In this document: positions 14,475 to 28,959 of the stretch, in pieces | Layout of the letters: each line of letters starts with the position of its first letter | How positions within the stretch are numbered: position 1 is the first letter of the stretch | NCBI GenBank assembly: GCA_051294375.1 | Contig: CM119268.1 | Span: 1,105,218-1,169,217 of the forward strand | DNA length: 64,000 nucleotides | Reading direction: 5' to 3' | Source: Paraspadella gotoi | Taxonomy: Eukaryota > Animalia > Chaetognatha | Translations under genes and position numbers: made by a program | The notes under the pieces: generated by a model | Database searches by the model: none | What the model saw: only the letters and a program-made list of their open reading frames with translations | Told to the model about the DNA's origin: nothing

Positions 14475-14905
14475 CCGAAAAAACTCCGTCTCGGCTCAGC
14501 ATTTAATCGACGAACTCCACGGTGGAGACTCCGATAGAGGCACCAAAACGGTCGGATTCGGATAAGCGGAGTCACCGCGCCACGAATATCTGGGATGTGG
14601 AGGGGGAAGTGGCTTGGGGGGGGAACGCTGAGGATGTGAAGGGAAAGAATTAGTAAGGAGAAGTATTTCGTTTAAAGAAATTGAAAACAGTGTGAAAGCA
14701 AGAGAAACAAAAAAGAAAGAAGACAAGAAAGAAAGAAAAAAGAAAGAAAGAAAAAAAAGAAGAACCACGACGCAGAAAAGAAAAGAAAGAAAAAAGAAAG
14801 AAAGAAAAAAAGAAAGAAAGAGAGAAAAAAGAGAGAAAAAAAGAAACAAGAACGGTGATTCCCTTTGATCACATNNNNNNNNNNTTATCAAGGTCTACTT
14901 TCTTA

Positions 14906-14988
<83 letters not shown>

Positions 14989-15543
14989 TTTTTCTTTCCG
15001 TCTCTCTCTCCCTCTTTCCCTTCTTTCTTCGTTGTAAAAAGAAAATGTTTACACGGTCTCTCCACTCAGACGCATAAGATTTTCACCGACCTATTTGCCC
15101 GCCTCTTATTTCCGCTTACAAATTTGCGCAAATTCACGAATTCACAATGACGAATGCGGATCTCACAGCGTGATGGCGCATTTGCTTTTCACAGTCGGCA
15201 ATTTTTGGTGAAGCAGAACCATTTTCTTCAGAAGCAGTGATTGTGCATTGTACAATCCCATGATTCTATTATCGTTTTTCTTGCATTGAATAACTTGATT
15301 CATTGATTTATTGATTATTTAAATAAATAAGACCGCCATCCATCTTAGAAGATAATAACATAGAAAGACCCCGCTTCCAATCAACCTTTTTGTTGGTTCC
15401 ATCCCAGAGTTCGTACTTTGCTTTCTTATCAACGAAGTTGGCGCCATATCCAGACTTTGTGGTCGAGAATTGAAATAAGTTCACCCCAGCNNNNNNNNNN
15501 NNNNNNNNNNNNNNNGCCTATAAAGCTCGTCGCCTTTAGTTCG

Positions 15544-15700
15544 TAACCCCGGTGAGCTCATTGAGAATACATCAGCTCGTGACAATTAGGTACCGGGGAA
15601 GCGATCCCCAATCGGTACCTACACACTACGGGAAGCGTGAGAACGGACCTAATCGCCTGGTTCAAGGCCAGACCGTTCCATTGCAGGCGTGGAGGGGGCA
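15544..15700 (+). mobile_element. tRNA-derived SINE-like element (noisy copy)
   Basis: GTAACCCCGGTGAGCTCATTGAGAATACATCAGCTCGTGAC...GACCGTTCCATTGCAG matches 27629-27790. Confidence 0.5.
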
Positions 15701-18700
15701 CAGAAGTCTTCAGCCCTTCTCGCGGCCTTATCACAACAATCATCCGCATTAGAATATTGGAAGCGAGCTGGTACCGCAATTTTTTTGTCCGTGCGTCTTC
15801 TTACGACTTCGCGCGAGGCGCCAAGTCTATCGAGATCTGAAAATAGACATCTGAAAAATAAGAATCGGAGATCTGAAATTCGATCTTCGTGCTGCTCTTT
15901 GGCTTCAACTTGTAAAATAGTGAATTCTTTTTTGAGAGAGAGAGAGAGAGTGACAGAGAGAAGAGAGGAGAGACAAGAGGAGAAAAGAATGAAATAAGGT
16001 ATGGCAAACGAGAGAGAGAAGGGAGGAGAGGAGATGAGAAGCGATCAAAAAAGTCGACTTTTTTTTTCTCGATCTTTCTCGTTCGCGATAAAACAAAATA
16101 AAATTTCTTAAACAATTCCGTTCGTAGTTTTTTTCAGGTAATTCAATTAAATCGGAGTTTTTACTTGATTTCATCTCCCTAAGTTATATAGATTATTTCG
16201 CTGCTTGTATTACGGGAGGGATCGATGAAACAAAAGGGAAAGCGATATGACGAAGTTGATTAGATCTTCGTCAAAGTCGACGGCGAGAGCGCGGACGATC
16301 GCACGAAAATAAATAAAAATATGCAAAAAAAAAGTTTTCGTATCGAGATGGATCGGAGACGATTCTAAATTCGATTATTCTGACATCGAGAGACCAATCG
16401 TTTTTTTTTTCTTTTTCAACGTATCAGCCAGTGCTTAATTAGATTAAACAATAAAATCGAAATTAGCTCTCTTCGGTGCTGGTGAGAAAAAAAAATGCCT
16501 TTGTGAAGTTTCTGCGCAGGTCTTGTTATGTGGACAATGTTGAAAAGACTCGATCGGCGAGCGAATTGAACAGTTTATCCCTCGCTCTCTCTCTGTCTCT
16601 CTCACTTCTCTCTCTCTCTCTCTCTCTCTCTTCTCCTCTCTCTCTCTCTGTCTCTCTCTCACTGTCTTAGCGCGCGGCGTCGATGTTTGTTAAGCGGCGT
16701 CGTCGCGTCGCGGCGCGTTCATGAGCGCGTCGTTTTATGGCGCCAAGCTCATTTTTTCCATTCTCCTCAACAAGAGGGCGTTGCGGTTCTGATTTGAAAG
16801 CGACGTCGTCTTTTCTGAAAGACTTTCTCTTTTTCTTAACTGTGATGTACGGATGGGAGCTGATTGATCCTGACTCTGTCTTTCTTTCTCTGTCTTTCTT
16901 TCTCCTTTTCTTATTAGTTGCGCCGCGCGATCACTCGCGGACAACTCTAAAGTCACTTTCGAGGTCGGCAGTGCATCATAAAATTACAAGCGCTAAGAAG
17001 TTTTATGTCAGTTCATTGTAATTCTCATATCATGTGTCAAAGGAGAATCACGTTCTTGTCTTTTTTTCTCTTTTTTCTCCTTTTCTCTTTCTTCCTTTTC
17101 TCTCTTTCTTTCTTTTCTTTTCTTTTTTCTCTGCTTTCCACTGGTTTTCAATTCTTTAACGAAACTTCCCTCTTACTAATGTTCCCCCACATACCTCATT
17201 CCCCCCCCACACTCCCCCCTTCCCACCAGATTTCGTGGGCGTGACCTCGCGGACGACGACGTTGGCTCATCGGAAGTCCAGCTGGAGTTCGTGATTAAAT
17301 GCGAGCGAGGACGGTTTTTTTTCGCTATACCTCTCTTCCTCTCTCTCTTCTCTCTCTTCTCCCTCTCTTCTCTCTCTCTCTCATCACTCTCTCTCTCACT
17401 TATAGAGTTGATCCGCGAGTACTCGCGGCGCAACTAATAAAGAAAGGGAGAAAGAAAGAGACAGAGAAAGAAAGAGACAGAGTCAGAGAGATAATCAGCT
17501 CCATCCAGTATCCACCGTTAAAGAAAAAAGGAGAAAGTTCTTCAGAACAGACGGACGTCGCTTTTCCAAATCAGAACCGACAACGCCGCTCTTCGTCTGA
17601 AGGAGGAAATGGAAAAAGATGAGCTTCTGGCGCCATAAAAACGACGCCGCTCAGAACGACGCCGCCGACGCAGACGACGCCGCTTAACAAAACATCGACG
17701 CCGCTGCCGCNNNNNNNNNNNNNNNNNNNNNNNNNNNNNNNNNNNNNNNNNNNNNNNNNNNNNNNNNNNNNNNNNNNNNNNNNNNNNNNNNNNNNNNNNN
17801 NNNNNNNNNNNNNNNNNNNNNNNNNNNNNNNNNNNNNNNNNNNNNNNNNNNNNNNNNNNNNNNNNNNNNNNNNNNNNNNNNNNNNNNNNNNNNNNNNNNN
17901 NNNNNNNNNNNNNNNNNNNNNNNNATTGGTCTACTCGATGATCAGGAATAATCGAAATTTAGGAAATCGTCTCCGATCATCTCGATACGAAAACTTTTTT
18001 TTTTTTTAACAAATATTATTTTATTTTTATTTTCGTGCGATCGTCGCGCCTCTCGCCGTCGACTTGGCGAATCTAATTCCAACTTCGCATAATCGTCTTT
18101 CCCTTTTGTTTCTCGATTCGCCTCCGCTAATCAAGCAGCGAAATAATCTAAATAAATTAAGGGAGATGAATCAAGTTAAAAAANNNNNNNNNNNNNNNNN
18201 NNNNNNNNGAGAGATGAGGCGCAGGAGAGAGAGAGAAGACGAAAAAAAAGGATAAGAAAAAAAAAAGAGAGATAGACGAAAAAAGACGAGAGGAGAAAGT
18301 AGTACCTGAGAGAAGAAACGAAAAGAAGATAGGAAGAAGAGAGACGATCAACAGAGTTTATAAGAGAAGAAAAAAAGAAAGATAAAATCCACAATATCGG
18401 TATAAAGTATCAGAATATTTATTGAAAAAAAACGCAAAAAAAATGCCATATAAAAGTTTTAGATGAAAAATAATCAATTTCCTTCCTAAAAAAAACCATA
18501 CCAAGAAATGACAGACGACGATAGACGAACCCACAACATCCAGAACAGAGAGACAGAAGACAGAGCTTTAAATAAGAACTGATGATTAATGAAGAGAATC
18601 GACAAGGCCGCCTGCCAGAAAAAGATAAAAGAGAAAAAAGAAAGAAAATCGGATATAATAATGTAAAACAAAAACAAGAAGAGAAGCTCTACAGAGCCCC

Positions 18701-19399
18701 TTACTCCTTCAAAAGAATCCCAGCCTTCATTTTTAATGACCCGCAGACTAGCTTGAACTATATCTCTACCAAAGACCCGCTGTTTTCATCGCCCTATCCA
18801 GCATGTTTTTTACTAGTGACCACATTACTAATCTAAAAAAAATTTTTTGTAAAAACAAAAAAAAGAATAGAAGAAGAGAGAGATGATGAGAAAATTGAGA
18901 AAGAGAAGAAATAGACTGACAGACCGCTTTGCAGAGCCTAACTAGCTTTTTAGAAGCAAGTGTACAAGTGACGCGAGAAAAAGAAGAAAGAGACGACCAT
19001 ATAATTGTTAATGATAGAATTATAAAATAAACAATCCAAATTGATAGAACGATGAAATTATTAAATACTATAGAGAATTAAACACATATAGAAAATTCTA
19101 CCCCTAAATCACATCACTTTCCAGACCAGAAAGCCTATATTGCCAAACAAAAGCGAACCGAAAGACTAAACTCCAGAAAAAAATACTAACAGAGCTTTTT
19201 CCCATGGCCGAATACAGTATTGTCTTGGTTGATAAAAGTAACAAAAATCATAATAACATTGTCCTACTCAATTAAACAATCATTTATGACAAGCTAAATA
19301 AAAAATTAATACCTTAATCATACATTACTTAATTAATTATTAATTAATTCATAATATCAATACATTAGATTAATATATCGAGCAATCCGACAATGTTTG

Positions 19400-20682
19400 C
19401 TCCTCAAACATTGTTTATGAAAGTTTCATATAATAAATATGATTTCTTTCAGTTTCTGCAAAATTCTAAACTTTAACAATGACAACCTTATTACTGTGGA
19501 CCTAACGAATTACTAACTGTAAGTTCAATATTCTACATTTTTTATCTAAAAGCATTACGAATTAAAATTTCTTAAAAAATTTAAATTTAAATTATTTTTT
19601 TTAAACTTATTTATAAAATTTAATCGGAACCGAAATAAAATGTTTATGCACAAATAAATTATCACGAATTAAAAAAAAATATCTTTCAACTAAGAGAGAG
19701 GAGGGTAGACGAGGAGAGAGATAAGAAGACGAGACACGAACTATGACAAAACTTTTTTTATTTTGTTTGTATTCTTTCCTTTCAATTAATTGCTCGGCGC
19801 ACTGATCTTTTCCGCTGCGACCTTCCGCTTTGTGCTTCCGGCCGTTGCATTGGCGTTGGCGCATTGGGTTCTGCATTGAGGCATTGACTTTGGCGCATTT
19901 GCGTTGCGCGTGAAGGCAGTTGGCCGTCTGGACGCCTGTGGCGCGTTGCGCGTAGGCGTACTTGCCTAGCGTCTATCTTTTCTCGTCTTACTTTAAACCT
20001 CGACAATGGACGACGTTCTTTTTGGACGCCAGAAAATGGGAAAGACGAGCGAACTTCCGATCAGTCAATTGAAAATCGGAAATCGTGATCGTCTCTCGCC
20101 GTTGCGTTAATTGTCACGGAGAGAGAGAGAGAGAGGAGGAGGAGGAGAGAAGAGAGAAGAGAGGAAGAAGAAGAGCAGATGAACGAAACACCGAAGAGAG
20201 AGGAAGAACAGGAGAGAGCAGAGAGAAGAAACGTTTGGCTTCTTCTTTTTTTCAATATTCTTAATTCATAGATTCCAATTAGCAAAGATTTACAGAGACA
20301 TGTAAGCTAAAATTTATTTGCGGATCTCAACTCCATCGCACCAATCGGCCGCCCCCCCCTCGCCGCCCGAGTCCCTCTGTGGAAACATATGAATGAAAAT
20401 TAACCCGAGTAATCTGGCTCAACCTCTCGATCATAATCTTCGTGTCTCTTCGTCCTTCGTCGTCGTCGTCCGTCTTCGTGCAAATACCGACATCCCCTCT
20501 TTTAACCGTGATAGCTACTATCTACAGTATTACATAACCTAAATGACCGCCTAACTAAACGCTCTATAGTTTACAATTTTGTTGAAGTAAATTAAAAAAT
20601 ACCAAATCTTGTCCCCCACCCTATTGTTTTGTAGAATTTTAAATTCGAGAACAAATCATCTCTCGTCTCCTCCTCTGTCCTC

Positions 20683-20722
<40 letters not shown>

Positions 20723-22910
20723 CCTCTCTCTCTTCTCCTCCTCTCTCTTTCCCTCTTTCGAGTTATCGATTCACTAATGTCATTTTCTCTCTTTTGCTTA
20801 TTTTTTTATTAAATGTTTTAAAATTATTAACATTATAATCCCTACTCTCACTGTTGGCTCTAACACTTTCTCAGTCTTTTCTTGCCTTCATATTTACCTT
20901 TCTTACCTATTCTCTTTCCATTTCCCTTTTCCTATTCTCCGTTTTCCTTTTCCTTCCTTTTTGCTTTTCTTCCTCCTTTTCTTCCGTTTTTCTCCTCTTC
21001 TCTTTCCTCTGTTCTGATATGCATTGTCCGCTTACATTCCTTTCCTCCTTTCCTTTACATTTACCTTTTCTCCTCCTTTCCTTTCCTTTTTTTCCTTTCT
21101 TTTCTATTTCTTCTCTTATAACATTGGTAATAAGCGCTCTTACCTTTCTTACCTCTCCTACTTAAAACTATCGCTTTACTTCCCACATCTTTTCTTCCAA
21201 TTCTCTCTCTCTTCTCTCCTCCAACACTCTTCACTCCTCTCCCTCCTCCTTCTCCCTCTCTTACTCTCTCTCCTCAATTTCTCTCTTCTTCCCTCCTTAT
21301 TCTCTTCCCTCTCTCCATCCCTCTCATCTCTCTCTCTCTCTCTCTCTCTACTCCCACTATTTAAATTTTAAAATCACTTCCGCCTCCTTTCCCAAAGAGA
21401 TTAAGACTCGTCTCTCTGTGTTGCGCTTACGAACGTGACCCGCAACGAACGACGACAACGAACAAACCTTCTTAGATTTGGTCCATTTTTGTGGGTGCTA
21501 TCGTTAACCGACACGGAGCGAGGTTTTACCGTATTACTTTATTATCTCACATTCCTAAACGTTTGTGTACATAAGTTTTTTATGTCTCTTAGCGGGAAAA
21601 AAAAGGACAATTAAGATTCACGTTTCTACAACGAAACCAATGGAAAAAAGGCAAACAATTACGTAAAAATAAGATTTACTCCAGTTTACCAGGGTTAAAT
21701 ACACAACTAATTTCTCTATGAAACGTGGGAGCTCTGGAATATCCAGAGAAACACGCGATTTGGTGGCATAATCCTCTATTCACGTTCACACCGTCGTTTC
21801 ACGGCCCCGTACTACCCACCACGAAGTCACACCCGTATCCTCACAGCCACGCAAGCCTCACACCCGTATCTCCACCACCAAGTCCCTCACGCCCCCGCTG
21901 TCTCACAGGCCCCTAGTCTACAGCCGTGCTGTCTCCAGCCCCTTCTTCCCAAGACGAAGCCTCACTAAGCGCTAGTCTCACAGTCTTCGTGTCTCACCAG
22001 GCTCAAGCGCTCACAGTCACAAGCGCAAGTTGAAGACATTTAATGACTACGCAATTCTCTACGGGGTAGCCGTCGACTACCACAACGAGACACGAAGACG
22101 AACCACGACCCGACGACAAAACTAGCGAAAACCGATAACAATGCGACGACGGACTCGATTGACGCAATAAGACCCACTTCGATTATATTTTCTCCGTTGA
22201 CAACGACGAACCCACAACGACGCGACACGTACGCGACGACGACGACGATCGACCGACACGCTGCGACGACGCGCGCGACGACGACGACAACGACGCCGCA
22301 CAGACCTCTGACTTTCTAATTAAAATCTCAGAGAGAGAGAGGAGAGACAGAGGAAGGGGAGAGAGAGGAAGTAGAGAGATGATAGACGAATAGAGAGAGA
22401 GCGAGCTAAGAGATGAGGAAAGAGAGAGGACGAGATCAGGAGACCGAAGAGACAATAGAGGAGCAGGAAGGGGAGAGAGAGAGAGACGATGAAGATGACT
22501 GAGGATGAGAGGAGAGAAATGGGAAGCAGGCGAGAGTTTAGTACGCTTATAAAATACGGTCGTTTGTTTTTTTTTTCTTTGAATGTTGCCATTTGTTACT
22601 TGATGTTTAAGCTTTTATTACAGTTTGTTTATATAATTTAACATTTAATGTGAAACTAATATTTAATCTAAATTTGAATTGATTTCGACTTGACTCCGGA
22701 ATAATTTGTTTCATTTGTTAATCTAATAAATTTTGTGAATACTACCCGTAAAGTACTGAATTTATTGAAAAATAATAACCAAATTAAAGAAATTAAATAT
22801 ATGAATAGTGAAACAAGTAATTTTGCAACTTACAATAAAACATAACATGATAAAAGAATTTTTCGAGATACTGTTAGAACTTCTCTATTCTCAAACTGAC
22901 TTATCTATGT
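19400..22910 (+). other. Indel-rich direct duplicate of about 7640-11465 (probable long-read fill artefact)
   Basis: Colinear landmarks: TCAGTTTCTGCAAAATTCT, TTGCGGATCTC, TTGTCCCCCACCCTATT, GTGAAACAAGTAATTTTGCAACTT. Confidence 0.85.
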
Positions 22911-25900
22911 AGATTTGTCTGTTCCAAATCTGAACTCATTTCTCCTTGAACTTTCGAGTCTTGACCTAGTTTTCTTTCTATTCATGTCGTCTTTTCCTTC
23001 CTTCTCTTCAACTTCGGTCTAGGCTGACTCTCTTTCTTCTTCTCTCTTCTCTCTCTCTCGCTTCTTCTTTCTCTCTCTTTTCTTACAAAGTCGGTACGCC
23101 AAGAATCTCTGCGCCATAACCAACCGGTCAAACCTGTTATGAGACCCTAATTTTTTCAAGTCTACTTTCTTTCTTTCTTTCTTTTTCGTTTTTCTTCTTT
23201 CTTTCTTCTCTTTCTTCTTTTTTTCTTCTTCTTTCTTCTTTCTTATTTTTTCTTTCTTCTTTCTTTCTTTCTTTCTTTTTTCTTTAGTTCTCTCTCTCCC
23301 TCTTCCCTTTCTTTCTTATCGTTGTAAAAGAAAAGGTTTACACAGGTCTCTACCACTCAGACGCATGAAGATTTTCGACCCGACCTATTTGCCGCCGCCG
23401 CCTTTTCCGTTACAAATTTGCGCCCCGCAAATTCACGAATTCACAATACGATCGAATGTGGATTCACACCGAGCCGCGTTGCGCATTGCATTTTCAGGTC
23501 GCATTGTTTTGAAGCAGAACCAATTTTTCCGAAAAGCGTGATTGTGCATGTACAATCCTATGATTCTATTATCGTTTTTTTTTGCATTGATAACTTATTC
23601 ATTGATTTTATTATTTTAAAAATCAAGACCGCCACATCTTATAGAACATAGAAGACCTTCTCCAATAACCTTTGTTTTGTTTCTCCCAGAGTCTCTTTCT
23701 TTTTTAATCAACGAAGCAGTTGCGCCATACCAACTTTTGCTGAGAATAAATTAAGTTTCACCAGCCAAAGCACTTCACCTTGAGTCCTACCCTGTCTATT
23801 GAAAAATACCATCAGCTCTAGTACGCAATTAGTTACCGGACGTCCCAATTCGATACCAACTACGGGAAGGTGGAGACGACCTAATTCGCCTGTGTTCCAA
23901 GGCAGGACCCATTCAATGCAGCCTGGAGGGCACAAAGTCAGCCCTCTCGTAGCGCTTTATTCACAACAAATCGCCGCATTAGAATTTGAACAGACCTGTA
24001 CGCATTTTTTATGTCGTCGTTCGTTACGCTAAATAATAGCGAAAATCGGCCCAGTCTTCATCGATATCCGAGAAAGAATCTGAATATTAGCATCGGGATT
24101 GGACTTCGATTTCGTCTGCTCTTATCTTCAACTTTAAAAGTGAAGGTTCTTTTTGAGAGAAAGAAGAGAACAGAGAGATGAGAGGGGACAGAAGAAAAAA
24201 ATGTTGAAAAAAAATGAATAAGGAAAAAAATCAGTGATCAATAAAAAGTTTTTCTCCACTGAACATTTCGTATCTCGACTGATTGAAATTGAAAGAAAAC
24301 ATTTACTCAAAATCAGATAAACGTTTTCAGTTTATTTTTTCTTAAAATGGGGAAATTGTTTTCTCAAATCGCTTTATTCATTTTTTTTATATCGCTAAGC
24401 AACCGCCTTAGAGTATGTAGTGAACGGCTATAATATCTTGCTTATAATTCTCGAATAAAATGGCAGAAAATGCATCAAGCAAGGAGAAGTCAAGAGCCAC
24501 AGAGATGATCGGCAAGTGGACAAGCTGCGTGGTTTGTATTTCTTGCAGCAAACGGAACGTGTTCAGATCGCAGGTCCTCACTCAAAAAAAAAGATGAGAG
24601 AGAGAGTGATGAGGAAGAGACGGAGAGGAAGAATCGAGGGAGAAGAGAGAGAAGAGAGAGAGGAAAGAGTAGAGAATATAGCGAAAAAAACCGTCCTCGC
24701 TTCGCATTTAATCACGAACTCAGTGGATTCCGATGAGCAACGTCGTCGTCCCGAGGTCACGCACGAAATCTGGTGGGAAGGAGGGTTGGGAGGGGGATGA
24801 GGCTTGTGGGACTTGTAGAGGGAAGTTTCGTAAGATGAAAACCCCAGTGGTAAAGCAGAGAAAAAAAGAAGAAGAAAAGGAAAAAGACAAGAAAGAAAAG
24901 AAAAAAAAAAGAAGAAATAGAGAAAAAGAGAGAAAAAAGACAAAACGTGATTCTCTTGATCAATGATATGAGAAACATGACTGACAAAAACTTTCTTAGC
25001 GCTTTATTTGTGATGCACTGCCGACCTCGAAATGCTTTAGAGTTGTCCGCGAGTGATCGCGCCGCCTAATTAAGAAAGGAGAAAGAAAGCAAGAAAAATA
25101 ACAGATAGGATCTAATCAGCTCATCCGTACTCACTTAAGAATAAAGAGAAGTCTTTCAAAAGATCGACGTCGCTTTCAAATCAAACCGCACGCCCTCTTG
25201 TTGAGGAGGAATGGAAAAAATGGCTTGCCTCATAACGACGCGTCATAACGCGCGACGCGACGACGCCGCTTAACAAACATCACCGCGCGCGCTTGACAGT
25301 GAGAGAGAGACAAGAGAGGAGAGAGAAGGAAAGAGAGAGAGAGAGAGAGAGGGCGGAAGTGAGAGAGAAGAGAGAGAGCGTAAACTGTTAATTCTTCGCC
25401 ATCGGTCTTTTCAACATTGTCCCATATCACAGATGCGCAGAACTTCACCAAAGCTTTTTTTCTCACAGCACGAAAGAGCTAATTTCATTTATGTTAATCT
25501 AATTAAGCACTGGCTGATACGTTGACAAAAAAAAAAAAAAAACATTGTCTCTCGATGTCAAATAATCGAATTTAAATGTTGCCGATCATTCGTACGAAAA
25601 CTTTTTTTTTGATATTTTTGATTATTTTCGTGCGATCGTCGCGCCTCGCGTCGACTTTGCGAAGTCAATCAACTTGTATTCGCTTCCCTTTTGTTTCATC
25701 GATTCCACTCGTAATCAGCAGCGAAATAATCTAATATTAGGGAGATGAAATCAAGTAAAAACTCCGATTAATTGATTCTGAAAAATACGGAACATTCGGT
25801 TTAATTTATGTGATCGGACGATTAAAATCCGAAAAAATGACTTGATCTCTCTTCTCTCTTCTCTTTCTCTCTCTACTCTTCTCTTCTCTCCCTCTCTCTC

Positions 25901-27628
25901 TCTTCTCTCTCTTCTCTCTCTCTCTTTCTCTTTCTCTTCTCTCTCTCTCTCTCTCCTTCTCTCCTCTCTTCTCCCCTTCTTGTTTTATTGTTCTCGAGAG
26001 AAACTTCAAAGAGAATCATTCATAATCAATTCCTCCATTTAACACTTTTTTTCTTCTGGTATTTTTCCGTTAAATGTATAATTCCCTCCTTTGGGTATTT
26101 ATATTTCCTGTTCTCTACTGTTCTCTCTCCTCTTTTCTCTCTCTTCTCTCTCTTTCCTCTCTCTCTCTCCCCTCTCTCTATCTCTTCTTCTCCTCTCCTC
26201 CCTCTCTCCCCCTCTCTCTCTCACTTCCCTCATATTGCTCTTTTCTCTTTTTTTTAGTTTTAGAAAAAGAAAACTCAAAAAACCCCAAAAATTAACCACA
26301 CAAAAAGATTCAATATTATCAATAGACAATTTTGCCATACCACGACCTTTCCCTAGTGATCCTTTTACGTCCATTGTAATACAACATACACAACACAGTA
26401 TGTTGTCCAGCAACAGAAAAGAAAGAAGAATAAAAAAAGAAATAATACCTTTCTCGTCTCGTTTCGGACTGATTTCAGGGCCTTTCTTGAGTGAGTTAAA
26501 GAAAATAATTTTTAAAACTCATGTTAAATATATATATTGTTATGATAATCTTCAATACGATAGTTAGTAAAATTGGTGTTAATGAGAAACCTGGCTCTCC
26601 TAAGATTTTTTTACTGCCTTTTAAAAGAATTAAAAAAATCAAGCAATGATGTACTAATAATGACAGATTATCACAACCAATTCTGACAAAGACTACATGA
26701 AACTAAAAATAACTACTACTACAAACTGAAAATAGTTTTTAAGAGGCTCATAAAAGGAAAGAGTCTTCGGGATTAAAAGTTTAGATTCGCGACTCCTCGA
26801 TCGCTTATCTTTTCACTTATCTCCGGGCGAAGGAAAAGACGGGAATCGTTAATCCCATTCCGAGTTCGAGAACCAAGATGCGAATCGCATCTAAATTCAA
26901 CAGAAGGAATATGCGTTTTACTTTGTACATACATGAGCATAAAGCAAAGCTAAGACTAAAGAAGAGACCAAGTTAAAGATTGCGTGAAAACTATCACGAT
27001 CAACAAAACAAGGTTAGTTTTTGAGCACAATATTTCAATCATTAAAGAATGAGATTATTCTTTTGACAACCAAATTTTTCTAACGTTAGATCTTAGAAAT
27101 AAAATTCTATCAACGCTGGTTAAACATAGTAATGATGTCACACTTACCAAATAAACTCCGTAGTTCTTTAATTCTTTCCCCTCGGTTGAATCCGAATATT
27201 TTTCTTATACCATAATTAATCTCTAATGCAGTGCAGCGCTCGGCATCCATACTCTGACGCAGTGCAGCGCTCGGCATCCATACTCTAGACACCTTTATTT
27301 CTCTAAGACTCTAACTTTACCTCACTTCAAATTCTCGCCTCACTCCATACCGCCGCACACAACCCCATACTGTGTCACACTCGCAGTATGCACCGCGGAG
27401 CTCAGCCGTTCACCGGCGACGCGATTAAAAATTATCGCTGCCTTCCGCCAAAAACTGTCAATGAAAGTTGACGTTTGTCGGTTAACCATGAAAACTGGGA
27501 AGTCGGAAGCCGCCCCGTTGCTCCGCCCGTCCCCCGTCCCCCGGGCTACCCACGAACTCTCTTCTCTTGTTTCTCTCCCGCCCCACTCCCAATGGGCATT
27601 GCAATACGTTCATCTCGCCTATAAGCAG

Positions 27629-27790
27629 GTAACCCGGTGGCTCATTGAGTAACACCATCAGCTCATGACCATTAGATACCGGGATCGATTCCTACCCTGC
27701 TGGAAACGTGAGGACGGGCTTAAACCGCCTTGGGGGCCTTGAAAACCTTTGCACCTGGATCCAAGTCCGGGACCCGTTCCATTGCAGCAA
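27629..27790 (+). mobile_element. tRNA-derived SINE-like element
   Basis: ACCCGGTGGCTCATTGAG...ATACCGGGATCGATTCC head followed by body ...GACCCGTTCCATTGCAG; related copies at 15544-15700 (+), 23790-23930 (+), 12230-12405 (-). Confidence 0.55.
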
Positions 27791-28959
27791 GAGGATGCAC
27801 GGAAGATACGGAAAGTAATCTTATCCGCAGACCATCTCTCTCACGTTCACCATTTTGCTCTACGGCATTTTTTTCCCCTTTTTTATGGATTTAATGTATT
27901 CCTCCTTTTTTTTTCCAGTCTAACACCTTTTTTTCTCCCTTTTGTAGTAGTCATGGACGCTACTGAAATTTCCTCAATCCAAATTTTGTTTTACAACTTT
28001 TGTCTGTTCTAAAATATATTTACCAACGTTTTCAATTGCTTATTTTTTCATTCTCACCACATTTTCGCTTTTTCATTCTCGTACATCACAAGTGCATTTC
28101 TTGAACGCTTGACGATTATTGTAACTAACATCTATAATATTTAACCATTCTTTGAATTGCCCTACCTCACAATACTCATAAGATAATCATGCTAGATAGA
28201 CAAATATTTTCTCTCTCTTTTTTGTGTGGTACATTTTATCCATCATTTATAAACAAATCTTATTATTATGTCCACTTGGCAATCTCAACAAAGGCACCTA
28301 TCAATCTATCCCAGCATTTTATTATAGAAAGCCTTCATTTCCAACTCACTTCAACTTTCTCTTTTTTTGCTCACCATTCCACCTGCTTTTACTGTTGTAA
28401 GTGCAGCGCCTATCACGGTTGGAGGCAGAGATGGAGATGAGGAGTTGATGGAGTCGGGGCGGAGACCGGTCTTTCCTCGTAAGGTGATCAAATCTGCTAA
28501 TCACGGTGGTTCAAATTTTTTTTTTGTCTCCGACTGCCTAGAAGGCTGGATCATGTATCTATCCTTATTGCTCCTATAATCTATTCAACACGTAGAACTC
28601 TTTTCAAGACAAAGTTGAGTCTACTCCATCGTGACTGCAACTTCCCCTGCAGTTCATTTTCCAATATCCAGGCATCCCTCGCTTGACAAAGTCCTCTTTT
28701 CGTTGTGGATTAGTCCGACGCATCGCCAAAACTGGATTCTCCGGTAGTTGTCCCAAGGCGGTTCGATGTGATAAAAAGTTCTTAAACCACATTTATAACT
28801 TAACGCCATAGTGCATTGATCAAGAGATCAAAACGCGCCCAGAGACTGCGCATTCAGCAGGAGAGCCGCATCCTCATGGATGAGTGAAGAGGCCAAAGTC
28901 CCTCTATGTAGATCGCCCGCTCTGGCTGGTCCGGGCACACGCTCTCCCCCCCCGGCCCC

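Noticed and set aside
28604-28792. FVKRGMPGYWK resembling the sulfotransferase RKGxxGDWK motif
   Set aside because: Single short motif, flanks do not fit, no splice context; lies next to noisy sequence.
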